A DNA stretch of 64,000 bases from assembly GCA_030636025.1 (NCBI GenBank), contig DAOVXQ010000005.1, forward strand, positions 12,700 to 76,699. The letters run 5' to 3'. Positions 1 through 9,935 of the stretch are shown one piece after another. The stretch's first letter is position 1. Each line of letters starts with the position of its first letter. The DNA comes from an archaeon. Its GTDB lineage: Archaea > Nanobdellota > Nanobdellia > Pacearchaeales > GW2011-AR1. A program made the position numbers and the translations under genes. The notes beneath the pieces are model-generated. The model saw only the letters and a program-made list of their open reading frames with translations. It made no database searches and was not told the origin of the DNA.

Positions 1-150
1 CTCTGCAGCAATAACTTGCGCAGCCCCTTCCTTGCTAATCAGCCCCGAAAGCTTAGCTTGTTTCGCCTCTATCTTTCTCTCTATTTCCTCAACAGAAGTC
101 CCAGAACTCTTAGCGATTAATTCTATTAATTGTTGATAATTTTCCTGCAT
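1..150 (-). CDS. First 50 codons of a gene that runs off the window; RPA/replication-factor-A-like N-terminus (tentative)
   Basis: ATG at 150-148 on the minus strand. Translation is MQENYQQLIELIAKSSGTSVEEIERKIEAKQAKLSGLISKEGAAQVIAAE. The KLSGLISxEGAAxxIA pattern recalls N-termini of archaeal OB-fold ssDNA-binding proteins. Too short to be sure. Confidence 0.3.
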   Translation of the reverse strand, partial: MQENYQQLIELIAKSSGTSVEEIERKIEAKQAKLSGLISKEGAAQVIAAE

Positions 151-281
151 TTTTACCTCGTTTTAATCCCCTTCAAAAATCAAAACCATTTATAAAAATT
201 ATGCCTCTTTAAAACAATAATGAATATTGGTATTTCAGACTAAGGGAGTAAACTTAAAAAGCAATAAATATCCCTAAAATT

Positions 282-605
282 ATGGTAGAGAAAAAATATG
301 AACAACTATATGAGAGAATTAAAGATTATGATATATCTAGTTTAAGAGTTGAATTATGTTATCAATTAGAATCTAATAAAAAATTACAACCAAACAAACA
401 AAGTTCTAATCAAAATAGGACAAGAGGTATTCACCACCTAATAAATCTTAAACATACCCTCTTAAATCTAGAAAAAACCCTCCTTTATTTAACTAAAACA
501 AAAAGAATTACACTTGAAGAATCTATGTCAAAAAAACCAGAGTTAACTAATGCGCTATTAAGTGGGATTAGTGAAAGCATAATTGAATATGGGTGCTCAA
601 TTTAA
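282..605 (+). CDS. hypothetical protein
   Basis: 107-aa ORF in an otherwise empty interval. No motif recognised. Confidence 0.3.
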   Translation: MVEKKYEQLYERIKDYDISSLRVELCYQLESNKKLQPNKQSSNQNRTRGIHHLINLKHTLLNLEKTLLYLTKTKRITLEESMSKKPELTNALLSGISESIIEYGCSI

Positions 606-733
606 TATCCATACCATCTCAAAATACTTAATTAAATTCTGCAATAAAACCACAAACACTTTAGCAATAATTTTTATTTATCATTAATTCTTTCAATAAA
701 CACCTCGCAAACCCAAATATTTATAAATCAAAA

Positions 734-1021
734 TTGCAGATTAATATTATGGGAATAGCACTTGTTAAAATAAAAATAATGCCTGAATCACCAGATTCAA
801 ATTTAGATGAAATACAAAGCAAGGCAAAGCAAATTGTCGAGGAAAAAGGCGGGGAAAAACCCTCGACAACAACAGAGCCAATTGCATTTGGATTAAATGC
901 AGTCATCCTAAATTTTGCATTAGATGAATCAAAATCCATAGACGACATTGAAAATCCCCTAAAAGAACTCCCAGAAGTTAATTCTGCAGAAGTTGTAGAT
1001 TTTCGGCGAGCTTTTGGATAA
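734..1021 (+). CDS. translation elongation factor aEF-1 beta
   Basis: VKIKIMPESPDSNLDEI...EPIAFGLNAV...VNSAEVVDFRR matches the aEF-1beta pattern (vkvmPesp.vdl / AFGL / eV). The real start is probably ATG 749 (MGIALVKIKIMPES). Confidence 0.8.
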   Translation: MQINIMGIALVKIKIMPESPDSNLDEIQSKAKQIVEEKGGEKPSTTTEPIAFGLNAVILNFALDESKSIDDIENPLKELPEVNSAEVVDFRRAFG

Positions 1022-1051
1022 ATATAAAAAACCTTATTTCTTTATATCCCT

Positions 1052-1672
1052 ATGGCATTAACACAAGAACAAACAGGACAAATTAAAGAGCAACTCTTTC
1101 AGCAAATAGAATCTTCTAACTTGCCAAACAAAGATGAAATTAGACAGCAAATTCAAAATATGAATGAAGAGCAATTAGAAGAATTTTTAAAACAACAGCA
1201 GGCCCAACAACCTCAAACAGAATCTTCTCCTCAGGGAAGCCAGTGTATTTTCTGTTCAATAATAAATAACGATGTTCCTTCTAACAAAATTGCAGAAAAT
1301 AAAAAAGCAATTGCGATTTTGGAAATCAATCCTGTTTCAAAAGGCCATTCACTGATTATCCCAATAGAACACTCGCCAATTGAAAAACTTCCTGCTTCAG
1401 TTTTAGAATTAGCAAAAAAAGTTGCAAAAAAAATTAAATCAAAACTCAAACCAGAAGATATTAAAATTGAAACTTCTAATTTTCAGGGGCACGCAATCGT
1501 TAATATTATCCCAATTTACAAAGATGAAAAATTAGAAAAAAAGAAGGCAGAGACAGAAGAATTAGAAGAACTGCAAAAACAATTAGAAACAAAAAAAAGA
1601 GGTTCGCGAACCTTAAAAATAAAAACCCAGACAAAATCCAATCTTCCAAAAATTTCGTTTAGAATTCCTTAA
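1052..1672 (+). CDS. HIT (histidine triad)-like protein with Gln/Glu-rich N-terminal extension
   Basis: CIFCSII...VPSNKIAENKKAIAILEINPVSKGHSLIIPIEH is a HIT-fold N-half. The triad position reads QGHAIVNIIP rather than HxHxHxx. Confidence 0.55.
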   Translation: MALTQEQTGQIKEQLFQQIESSNLPNKDEIRQQIQNMNEEQLEEFLKQQQAQQPQTESSPQGSQCIFCSIINNDVPSNKIAENKKAIAILEINPVSKGHSLIIPIEHSPIEKLPASVLELAKKVAKKIKSKLKPEDIKIETSNFQGHAIVNIIPIYKDEKLEKKKAETEELEELQKQLETKKRGSRTLKIKTQTKSNLPKISFRIP

Positions 1673-2521
1673 TCAAATCATCCCTCGCCAAATCAACCAC
1701 AGCAGAGCAACAAACCCCAGCAAAAACGCAACAGTAAAAGGAATCCCTTGTTTAACCAAAATCTTTTTCCGACTTTTTCTAATCGCCCTTAAATGAAATT
1801 TAGAAACTCCTTCCCAACAAGATTTTATTTTCTTCCCCCCAACCCGAACATCCTTATACAACCAATCTCCTTCTGTAACCTTATCAGGAGAAATCAACTT
1901 CACCATGCAACTTTCCTCGACACTTTTCACAAAAACAAATAATAATGGAAACAATAAAACAACCAACCCAATAAAAACAAACTCAATTTGACTAATTGCA
2001 AAAACAAACCCAGCCCACAATAAAACAAAAATCAACGAAATCAAAAACATTTTTTTGTAATTTTTCCACTGCTTTCTAAACTCTTTAACAAACCGAGACC
2101 AATTAGCAAAGACAACAAAAAAACTCCAAATCAAAGCATAAACTGCACCAAGTGTAAAAAATAACAAAACAAATAATCCGAAAATTTTCAGATTTAAAAT
2201 CCAATCATAAGACAAGGGCAAAATAGTTCCGAGTGCCATTAATAATTTCGCGTCCCCTCCTGCAAACAATCTTGAATAATAAAACAAATTAGCCAGCAAG
2301 AAAAAAATCCCCAAACCAATAAACCCATTCAAAACAAACCAATAATTTCCATTAAAAACACTCACAAACCCTCGATAAGCAAGTGCAAAAAAAATCAAAC
2401 TAAAATTCCATAAATTATCGACCTCTCTTCTTTTCAAGTCCTGCATCACCGCCCCAACAATCCAAACCAGCCCCAAAACAACCAAAAACAAATTCTCCCC
2501 AAAAATTAAATCCATTGTCAT
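1673..2521 (-). CDS. A24-family prepilin/preflagellin peptidase (PibD/FlaK-like)
   Basis: Polytopic membrane protein. It has the two Asp motifs typical of type IV prepilin peptidases: QDLKRREVDN and FAGGDAKLLMALG. Confidence 0.65.
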   Translation of the reverse strand: MTMDLIFGENLFLVVLGLVWIVGAVMQDLKRREVDNLWNFSLIFFALAYRGFVSVFNGNYWFVLNGFIGLGIFFLLANLFYYSRLFAGGDAKLLMALGTILPLSYDWILNLKIFGLFVLLFFTLGAVYALIWSFFVVFANWSRFVKEFRKQWKNYKKMFLISLIFVLLWAGFVFAISQIEFVFIGLVVLLFPLLFVFVKSVEESCMVKLISPDKVTEGDWLYKDVRVGGKKIKSCWEGVSKFHLRAIRKSRKKILVKQGIPFTVAFLLGFVALLWLIWRGMI

Positions 2522-2616
2522 TTTCTCTTTTTACAAAAATCAAAAAGAAATCTAGTTTATTAATCTTTCTTCATAAAACTAAATTACAAACATTTAAATA
2601 TATAGCAAATTATATA

Positions 2617-2847
2617 ATGACTATGGCGACAACAATTCAAATAAGTAAAAATCTTCTTGAAAATTTAAAAACAATGAAAATTAATGAAAAAGAAAGTTAT
2701 GAGGAACTTATCTGGGATTTAATCGAGGACAGAATGGAATTATCAGAACAAACAAAACAAAACATTGCTGAATCTGAAAAAGAAATAAAAGAGGGAAAAG
2801 TCCATAAGTGGGAAGATATTAAAAAGGACTTAAAGATAAATGTATGA
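2617..2847 (+). CDS. antitoxin partner of the RelE-like toxin
   Basis: Start taken at ATG 2617 (MTMATTIQISKNLLENLK...), which has a TATA-like tttaaatatata about 20 nt upstream. It overlaps the toxin start by 8 nt. The C-terminal ...EKEIKEGKVHKWEDIKKDL resembles archaeal RelB-type partners. Confidence 0.55.
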   Translation: MTMATTIQISKNLLENLKTMKINEKESYEELIWDLIEDRMELSEQTKQNIAESEKEIKEGKVHKWEDIKKDLKINV

Positions 2848-3091
2848 AATTATTCTTTCAGACAAAGCTAAAAAACAATTAAGCAAATTGCCTTCAAACA
2901 TAAAAGACAGAATGGGCACAGTAATTGAAAGAATAAAAATAAGGCCTTTTTCTTTTGTTAAAAAAATTCAGGGGACAAATTATTTCAGAGTAAGGGCAGG
3001 AGATTACAGAATTATTTTAGATATAAGACAAAATAAATTAATAATTTTTGTTATTGAATTAGGACACAGAAAAAACATTTACAACAATTAA
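2840..3091 (+). CDS. relE: RelE/ParE-family type II toxin (mRNA interferase)
   Basis: MYEIILSDKAKKQLSKLP...FRVRAGDYRIILDIRQNKLIIFVIELGHRKNIY has the classic RelE/StbE layout and a C-terminal GHRKxIY. Confidence 0.8.
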   Translation: MYEIILSDKAKKQLSKLPSNIKDRMGTVIERIKIRPFSFVKKIQGTNYFRVRAGDYRIILDIRQNKLIIFVIELGHRKNIYNN

Positions 3092-3210
3092 TCTTTCTTC
3101 ACCTTTTTAACAACCCTCTGACTCCCGCCTTTTTTATATCTACTATAACGTGCCTTCGCCCTTTTATCTGTCTTAGTTTTTCTCTTCCCTGCAACAACAT
3201 AATCAGACAT
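3088..3210 (-). CDS. small basic protein (40 aa), unassigned
   Basis: Not in the ORF track because it is under 60 aa. Translation is MSDYVVAGKRKTKTDKRAKARYSRYKKGGSQRVVKKVKKD. It fills the gap between relE and the pilin gene. Could be a ribosomal-type small protein or noise. Confidence 0.25.
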   Translation of the reverse strand: MSDYVVAGKRKTKTDKRAKARYSRYKKGGSQRVVKKVKKD

Positions 3211-3211
3211 T

Positions 3212-3517
3212 TTAACAACCAACCTCTGAACAATCTAAAACACAATCAGTTTTCAACAAATCATCCACGCATTTTAAATCCTCGTCATTTACTTTTTTCA
3301 ATTCACAGCAATAATCATAACCATTACCCAACTCACATTGAATCTTGCAATTTTTCTGAGCCCTTGCAACATCACTTCCTAAAATCGCCCCAGTCTGAAT
3401 TTTAAAATCATTCCACCCCATAACCAAAATACTAATCAAACCAATTAAAACAACAAACCCCAAAATAAATAAAATCAAAGTTGAAATAGTAAGTTGCATT
3501 GCTTTTTTATTTATCAT
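3212..3517 (-). CDS. type IV pilin-like protein, Cys-rich
   Basis: Class III signal-peptide-like N-terminus MINKKAMQLTISTLILFILGFVVLIGL. The C-terminal region has 9 Cys. Paralog of 3560-3904. Confidence 0.6.
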   Translation of the reverse strand: MINKKAMQLTISTLILFILGFVVLIGLISILVMGWNDFKIQTGAILGSDVARAQKNCKIQCELGNGYDYCCELKKVNDEDLKCVDDLLKTDCVLDCSEVGC

Positions 3518-3559
3518 AAATAAATTAAGAATTAGATGTTTTTAAAATATTCTAAAAAA

Positions 3560-3904
3560 TTAATCAGAAGATTTGCCATCACAAGTTATAGCAGGGCAAA
3601 GTTCTATTCCATATGCATTGTATGCCTCTAAATTTGCTAAATCCCAACAATCTTTTGTTACCTTCACGCCCCCTTCAACCTTCAATTCTCTCAAAGTAGT
3701 ACAATAATCATAAGTGCTTCCAGTCGCACAAGCAATATTACATTTATCTACAATCGCCTGAACATTATTGCTCGGAACAACCCAATCTTTCATATTACTC
3801 CAACCAGTTGTAAATCCTAAAATCAAAACCACAAGCACAACCAACCCCAAAACAATTAAAATTATCGTCGTTATAGACATCCCCTGAGCTTTTTTATTTT
3901 CCAT
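3560..3904 (-). CDS. type IV pilin-like protein, Cys-rich
   Basis: MENKKAQGMSITTIILIVLGLVVLVVL followed by GWSN, with conserved Cys spacing (C..C..G..YDYC) shared with 3212-3517. Confidence 0.6.
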   Translation of the reverse strand: MENKKAQGMSITTIILIVLGLVVLVVLILGFTTGWSNMKDWVVPSNNVQAIVDKCNIACATGSTYDYCTTLRELKVEGGVKVTKDCWDLANLEAYNAYGIELCPAITCDGKSSD

Positions 3905-4014
3905 TTTCCTCTTTTATAAAATAGTTATGCAAAACATCTTTTTAAATGTTTTGCAAAAAATAAAATATATTTCACATCCATAATATTTTTAAATAAAAAA
4001 TTTCATTAAAGGTT

Positions 4015-4362
4015 ATGAGATTTATGGGATGGAAAAAGTCTGAGAGTGCTCCAAAATTAGTAAAAGGAAGAATGGGCATACCTTATGATAAACCAGAAAA
4101 AATAATAGACGTTTACATTTTTGATAATCCTAAAATTGTAAATCATTCTAAAAACATAGGCGTCAGACCAAAAAATCATATAGATTATCAAGGTTGGTGC
4201 ATAAAAGATGGAACAATTGAAGAAAAACCCAATGTTCTCCTCAGCGGAATAGGGATTAAAAAAGATTGTTTATATGAAATAAATGAAGAATTAGATTTAT
4301 ATGAAATTTCAAGAAAGCTCGGCATTGGAAAAAAACAACTTGAATATATTTTATCTAATTAA
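4015..4362 (+). CDS. hypothetical protein
   Basis: 115-aa ORF. No motif recognised. Confidence 0.4.
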   Translation: MRFMGWKKSESAPKLVKGRMGIPYDKPEKIIDVYIFDNPKIVNHSKNIGVRPKNHIDYQGWCIKDGTIEEKPNVLLSGIGIKKDCLYEINEELDLYEISRKLGIGKKQLEYILSN

Positions 4363-4375
4363 AACAACAACTGAA

Positions 4376-4846
4376 ATGAATAAAAATTTAATTTACAGCA
4401 CAGATTACGGATTTGATAAAAAAACTATTATTCATTCTGAAAAAGATTACGCTCCAGAAATTGGAAGTGTTTTTACTGCAAAAGTTTGTGAGGAAGGAGG
4501 AAAAAAAGATTATATAATTAATGAAATTCCAAATTACACAGGATATATAAAAAAGAATAAGGATGAAGATTTCAAATTAAGGGATGGCGAATATTGTAGA
4601 TTTTTAATCACTGCATATCACACAAGAAACTATCATAATTTTTTCTATGCAATTCCATTAAGAAAATTAAAAGACAGCGAAGATACAAAGATGAACTTGA
4701 TTGACCCACAAACAAATATTAAAATAAAACGACTTGGAGAATTTTTATGTGGACTTGGATTTGACAGACAAAGCAAAAAATATTTTGAATTAAAGGGAAA
4801 ACAAAAAAGTTGGAAAGAGTTTAACAAAAATTTCACCAGAGGTTAA
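4376..4846 (+). CDS. hypothetical protein
   Basis: The track ORF is 4301-4846. Start placed at ATG 4376 (MNKNLIYS), just after the stop of the upstream gene. Confidence 0.4.
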   Translation: MNKNLIYSTDYGFDKKTIIHSEKDYAPEIGSVFTAKVCEEGGKKDYIINEIPNYTGYIKKNKDEDFKLRDGEYCRFLITAYHTRNYHNFFYAIPLRKLKDSEDTKMNLIDPQTNIKIKRLGEFLCGLGFDRQSKKYFELKGKQKSWKEFNKNFTRG

Positions 4847-5028
4847 GAGAAGTTAATTTCTCCAGTGAGTTTATGGGCTGGCTGAGGAATTAACTTAGGA
4901 AATTGTCGCGAGGAATTTTCTCATAACTATTGTTACTTAATCCAAACAAAGTAAAATCCTGCAAGGCATGGCAAGAAAATCTTTGATTTTCGCAGAGTTT
5001 TAATTTTTCTTTTCGAGGGGCTGTGGGG

Positions 5029-5146
5029 CGACCATTTAATTTTGAAAAATAAGTCTGCTTTTTGTTTCTTTTTTCTGCTCGAAGAGCACCCCCTTTGGGC
5101 AAAAAGAAAATAGGGAGTTCCCTTTGCCTTCTTTTTCTAAAAAAAT
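5029..5146 (+). repeat. copy A of a ~118-bp conserved intergenic element
   Basis: cgaccatttaattttgaaaaataagtctgctttttgtttcttttttctgctcgaagagcaccccctttgggcaaaaagaaaatagggagttccctttgccttcttttt aligns almost base for base with 13052-13167. It lies between convergent genes. Confidence 0.8.
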
Positions 5147-5165
5147 ATGTAACAATTCAAAATAC

Positions 5166-6107
5166 TCACAATCTAAAATCATCAGGATCTACACAATCAT
5201 CATGCCAAAAATCCTTATCTCTTATATCATTACCCTTTAATACTAGCATCCATAATTTCTCACGAAAAAAACAAAACTTCTTTTTCATATTAATAATTCT
5301 TTCAGAATTTGCAGAACCAACATTTATGAATTTTATTTTATACTTTTTATAAACAAACCTATATTTTTCATAAGCCAAAAATTCATTAAGACCTTTAAAC
5401 TCACAAAATCCATTAGAAGTGATACAAACAGACTGCTTTTCTAAAGGAGATATTGAGAAAAATCCAACACCTATAATTTTCGCATTATGTCTAACAACAA
5501 TCCCATCTAACTCTCCATCAAAGCCATATATAAATTCCAGGCAACCCCAATAAAGGCTCATATCTATAGATTTTCTATTTTCAGAAGATTTAAACCACTC
5601 ATCATAAAAAGATTTCAATTCTTGTCGGCTAATCTTTTCTTTATCAAAAACTTCAACAATACAATTAGAGTTTTCTTTTCTAAATTTATTTAGTTTACCC
5701 CTCAAAGTTTTAAACTCCTTACCTACCAAAGAAATAACCTTAGAGATATCAATTATTGCTTCACTTATTTCTATCTTCTCTTCACATTTAATTTTATTAA
5801 CTTTTTCCCTAGGTGGAAATAATAAAACTGCTGAATCAAAATCATTTAAAAAATCATAATCATATTTTGGCTTTTCAAAAAAGAATCCAATATTACTTTT
5901 TATTTTATTTTTATATCCTAAATTAATAATCTTTTTATCTTCAATAACAACAAAGATATTCTTAAAAGTGGAAAACATTTCTATTATATTAATTGGAAAA
6001 ACAAATGGGATATATTCAAATCTTTTTTCTATCTTTTTTAAATAAGAAACTAATTTATTTCTATGCTTTAACTTATCATATTTATTAATTTCAAATTTCA
6101 TAATCAT
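5166..6107 (-). CDS. hypothetical protein (weak resemblance to DUF2156/GNAT-fold aminoacyl-lipid synthase C-domains)
   Basis: 313-aa ORF. The resemblance is an impression only, based on the C-terminal ...INVGSANSERIINMKKKF. Confidence 0.45.
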   Translation of the reverse strand: MIMKFEINKYDKLKHRNKLVSYLKKIEKRFEYIPFVFPINIIEMFSTFKNIFVVIEDKKIINLGYKNKIKSNIGFFFEKPKYDYDFLNDFDSAVLLFPPREKVNKIKCEEKIEISEAIIDISKVISLVGKEFKTLRGKLNKFRKENSNCIVEVFDKEKISRQELKSFYDEWFKSSENRKSIDMSLYWGCLEFIYGFDGELDGIVVRHNAKIIGVGFFSISPLEKQSVCITSNGFCEFKGLNEFLAYEKYRFVYKKYKIKFINVGSANSERIINMKKKFCFFREKLWMLVLKGNDIRDKDFWHDDCVDPDDFRL

Positions 6108-6425
6108 ATAAATAACTACATATTCTTAAATATAACTATTAATCTCTTTTTTGTAGAATTTTTAAAGCAAGAAAATAAAAATTTGGAATGAGTAAAAAAG
6201 AAATCATTAATTAGTGGTAACATAATAGGAACATTTATAAATCTAAATAATTGTCTCCACCCCATGGAAGTTAATAATAAAACCCCTAGGGGATTCACTA
6301 ATGATTACAATCATGTAACAAATTGGAATAAGCATTTCAATAAAAATATTCTTCCAGCAGTATTTTCTTGGGGACCAATTGGACCCCCTATGGGATACAA
6401 AGATTATATTAAATTCTATGAATGA

Positions 6426-6851
6426 GTGATTAAGAATAAAAGTAAAGAAGCACTTTTCTTTCTAGAATACAGCAAAGCAGGCAAGAATGAGGGAACATAT
6501 ATAAATGCTAGTGCAATCATATCACTAGCAGATTGTCACTACGAGAGAACTAAAGATATAACTGAGCGGGGGAGCACAAGGTTCAATGATTCAATAGTTG
6601 CATCTCAAATCTTTGAATATCTAAGGATTCCAGAAGATTTATGGGACAGAAAGGGCCTTTTAATTGCTCAAGCATATTACAATAAATTAGCAAAAGACTC
6701 AAGAATCACCGTCCCAGGGTATATCTCAGAAACTTTCTTTGGAGATGATGAAATCACAAGTAAGGTTGTATCTATCCCAAGAAATGATAAGGAGAGAATT
6801 GAGAAAAAATTACTGAAAATGGGATTAAATGGAGAAATTAAATTTTGGTAA
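6426..6851 (+). CDS. hypothetical protein
   Basis: 141-aa ORF with a GTG start. A 54-codon ORF (6264-6425) abuts it in the same frame across a TGA. Confidence 0.35.
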   Translation: MIKNKSKEALFFLEYSKAGKNEGTYINASAIISLADCHYERTKDITERGSTRFNDSIVASQIFEYLRIPEDLWDRKGLLIAQAYYNKLAKDSRITVPGYISETFFGDDEITSKVVSIPRNDKERIEKKLLKMGLNGEIKFW

Positions 6852-7158
6852 AAATTATAGCAATTCAGATTTATAATAGGTTTCTGAAAGATTAAGAACC
6901 CCATATTAATGAAAAATTTGCGTGAGCCTTGCGAAGCCCCTTATCCTTTGTTAGACAAAATTTTAATTTCGTTGTTTTTGGTATTGTGGTCAGATAAAAG
7001 AAGTTTTTCTATTTTGTCGAAGACAAAATCTATTTGTCCGAAGAACTGCGGGCTTATCTCTCCTACCATTAGGGGGGAAGAAAAGAAAAATTAAAATTTG
7101 GGCGAAGCCAAGCAACAGAGGTTAAATTAATAAATAGGGTTTCTTTAATTTAAAAGAG

Positions 7159-9312
7159 GTGAACATGGACAGCACAAAAGATATTTTAGATAAATACTCT
7201 AAAAAAATTGAGGCACAGATAAGCGGGAATGAAATCAGAGGAAATTCAGATGTCAAAGTTTCTCAAGAATTTTCGCAATTTAAACAAGACATGATGCCTG
7301 AACTTTCAAAGTATGAACAATGGGTTAAAGGTTTAGGAGGTTTTATTAAAATTAAATTAGCCCCTAAAGACGAAAACAAAATCCAGAATCAATTAAACAT
7401 CGCTCATCTGGAAGTCAGCCCCGGCGAGGTCGTTGGTTTGGCACTTTTCAGTTTTCTCGGATTACTTTTCATAAGCATTTTACTAAGCATTGCTATATGG
7501 TTTATTGGAGGACAAACATTTGCCACAGGATTCCCATTTTTATTTTTAGTTTTAATGCTTTTCAGTTCTGGTTTTTTATTTTACTATTTTTACACAAAAC
7601 CCTCAAGATTAGCCACAAAATGGAGACTAAAAGCAGGAAGCCAAATGGTTCCTGCAATTTTATACACAGTTGTTTATATGAAACACACAAGCAATTTAGA
7701 AAGAGCAATTAGATTTGTAAGCCAGCATATCGAAGTCCCCTTGGCATTAGACTTTAAAAAAATTCTATGGGATGTTGAAACAGAAAAATACACTTCAATC
7801 AAAGACAGTTTAGACGCTTACCTTGAATCTTGGAGAGAACACAGCATTGAATTTGTTGAGAGCTTTCATTTAATTGAATCAAGTTTATATGAGCCAAATG
7901 AAGCAAGAAGAATCCAGATTTTAGAAAGGGCATTAAAAGTTATTCTCGACGGTGTTTATGATAAAATGTTAAAATACACCCACGAAATAAAATCCCCAAT
8001 CACAACATTATATATGCTTGGAACAGTTCTACCTGTTTTAGGACTCGCCCTTCTCCCCTTAGCATCCACATTACTCGGCGGAGTTATAAAATGGAGCCAT
8101 GTTTTCATCCTATACAATCTTCTAATTCCCTTCTTAGTATTTTATCTTACAATGAATATCATGTTAAAAAGACCAGAGGGATACGGCGAAACAAGTCTAT
8201 TAAAGAAAAACCCACTTTACCATAAATACAAATCCAAAGGCCCTTATTTAACTGCAGGAGCAATTTGTCTGCCTTTCTTTTTATTAGGAATTTTACCCTT
8301 GCTTTTTGGATACACTGCCCTACCAGATATGCTCGGATTACAACAAGACTACTCCCTCGACAAACTCAGTTTTTTAGGAGACAAATTCTTTTATTTTGAC
8401 CAAGGAAAAGGCCCGTTCGGAGTCGGTGCATTATTACTCAGTTTATTTGTCCCATTTTCCATCGCAATGTTTTTTGCATTATCATTTTCAATGAGAACCA
8501 AGGACTTAATTAAAACAAGAGACAGTTCAAAAGCATTAGAAAAAGAATTCGCTAATTCGTTATTTACCTTAGGAAATAGATTAGGCGACGGAACTCCTGC
8601 AGAAATCGCGTTTGCAAAAGTTGCTAAATCAACAAAAGGGCAAAAAACATCTGAATTTTTTAAAATAGTCAATTCAAATATCCAATCAATGGGAATGAGT
8701 TTAGAGAATGCAATCTTTAACCCCAAAAGAGGAGCATTAGTTTATTACCCTTCAACTTTAATCGCAACAAGTATGAAAATTTTAGTTGAAAGTGTCAAAA
8801 AAGGATTAAAGGTCGCAGCCCAGAGTTTAATGAGTATTTCTGATTACATCAAGAACATACAAAAAATAAACCAGAGATTAAAAGATTTACTTGCAGATGT
8901 TTCAAGCGATATGAAAAGCAATATGGTTTTTTTAGCGCCCTTGCTGGCAGGAATCATCGTCGGTTTATCTGCAATGATTACTGGAATTTTAAGTATGTTA
9001 GACAAAATGGCACCTGAAACAGCAATCGCAGGAATCGGCTCAGCAGGGAGCATATTAGACAGATTTCAAATTACTGAAATGGTCCCGCCATATTTCTTGC
9101 AAATTGCAATCGGCATCTACATAATTCAAATAATCTTCATCCTAACATCAACCTTAGTAACAATTGACTCTGGAGAAGACAAATTAAAACAAACTTATGA
9201 AATCTCCAAGAATTTAATCAGGGGCTCAATCCTATATTTAGTAACTGCATTTATTTCTATAATCGCCCTATCTGCATTAGCATGGGTTGCATTAAAGGGA
9301 ACAATCGGCTAA
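7159..9312 (+). CDS. FlaJ/TadC/GspF-like polytopic platform protein of a type IV pilus-like system (putative)
   Basis: 717 aa with several TM clusters separating two helical cytoplasmic regions (…VPLALDFKKILWDVE… and …ALEKEFANSLFTLGNRLGDGTPAEIAFAKVA…). These resemble duplicated T2SF domains. A GAGGTG lies upstream of ATG 7165. Confidence 0.5.
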   Translation: MNMDSTKDILDKYSKKIEAQISGNEIRGNSDVKVSQEFSQFKQDMMPELSKYEQWVKGLGGFIKIKLAPKDENKIQNQLNIAHLEVSPGEVVGLALFSFLGLLFISILLSIAIWFIGGQTFATGFPFLFLVLMLFSSGFLFYYFYTKPSRLATKWRLKAGSQMVPAILYTVVYMKHTSNLERAIRFVSQHIEVPLALDFKKILWDVETEKYTSIKDSLDAYLESWREHSIEFVESFHLIESSLYEPNEARRIQILERALKVILDGVYDKMLKYTHEIKSPITTLYMLGTVLPVLGLALLPLASTLLGGVIKWSHVFILYNLLIPFLVFYLTMNIMLKRPEGYGETSLLKKNPLYHKYKSKGPYLTAGAICLPFFLLGILPLLFGYTALPDMLGLQQDYSLDKLSFLGDKFFYFDQGKGPFGVGALLLSLFVPFSIAMFFALSFSMRTKDLIKTRDSSKALEKEFANSLFTLGNRLGDGTPAEIAFAKVAKSTKGQKTSEFFKIVNSNIQSMGMSLENAIFNPKRGALVYYPSTLIATSMKILVESVKKGLKVAAQSLMSISDYIKNIQKINQRLKDLLADVSSDMKSNMVFLAPLLAGIIVGLSAMITGILSMLDKMAPETAIAGIGSAGSILDRFQITEMVPPYFLQIAIGIYIIQIIFILTSTLVTIDSGEDKLKQTYEISKNLIRGSILYLVTAFISIIALSALAWVALKGTIG

Positions 9313-9360
9313 TCAAATTAATTTAGTTAAGTTTATTAAGATTTATTTTGTTTAAGAAAT

Positions 9361-9522
9361 ATGAAAAAAGAGGATAAAAAAGCAATAGCTATCGAAGGTT
9401 TAGTCTGGTGGATAATCGGCATTGCAGTTCTAGTCATAATGATTGTTTTTGCAGTTGTCTTAAAAGACAAACTATTTGAAATTGGAGGGCATATAAAAAA
9501 TTTATTTAGTGGAAGGGGCTGA
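9361..9522 (+). CDS. small pilin-like protein (53 aa)
   Basis: Below the track cutoff. MKKEDKKAIAIEGLVWWIIGIAVLVIMIVFAVV. Its stop overlaps the next start (tgatg). Confidence 0.5.
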   Translation: MKKEDKKAIAIEGLVWWIIGIAVLVIMIVFAVVLKDKLFEIGGHIKNLFSGRG

Positions 9523-9935
9523 TGGAACTAACAATAAACAATCTAATTAAAATCATAATCGCAGTTTTAGTTATAACTGTCCTGATTCTCGGAATTTATT
9601 CAGGTTTTAAAAGTTATATTATCCCTTATTTTGGCGGGTTTGGGTTTGGAGAGGAAAATGAAAATAATCAAATTGAAAGTAGCACGGATATTTGCGATAA
9701 AAAAACAGAACTCGGATATATTGAAAATAACATTATTTGGATTAAAAAAGGAGACAAATATGAAAAGACAGATATTTATATTAAAAATGGAGAGATTAAG
9801 AAAGATGTTTTGTTTAGAGACCCTGCAATTGGGAGAATTAATGGATTAGAAATTGAAATTTACAATGACCATAATACTGGAAATGCCAAAAACATAAATC
9901 AGGCATTAATTGGAGGACTACAAATATGCAAATAG
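9522..9935 (+). CDS. pilin-like protein
   Basis: N-terminal hydrophobic helix MELTINNLIKIIIAVLVITVLILGIY. Translationally coupled within the operon. Confidence 0.5.
   Translation: MELTINNLIKIIIAVLVITVLILGIYSGFKSYIIPYFGGFGFGEENENNQIESSTDICDKKTELGYIENNIIWIKKGDKYEKTDIYIKNGEIKKDVLFRDPAIGRINGLEIEIYNDHNTGNAKNINQALIGGLQICK

Noticed and set aside
4890-5102. 70-aa minus ORF, and its look-alikes 12867-13115 and 12986-13168, sharing MP.GG.LRAEK
   Set aside because: The similarity is confined to the ~118-bp DNA repeat and decays outside it. The ORFs overlap real genes or hairpins, so the conserved unit is the DNA/RNA element rather than a protein.
6264-6425. A second case of an ORF (54 codons) abutting the next ORF (GTG 6426) in the same frame across a TGA, and the idea that TGA is a sense codon here
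   Set aside because: The 4195-codon and 1144-codon ORFs contain no TGA at all, and several genes terminate with TGA (for example 9520-9522, 13003-13005 and 22386-22388). Genome-wide TGA reassignment is therefore not supported. A single same-frame coincidence has a one in three chance.
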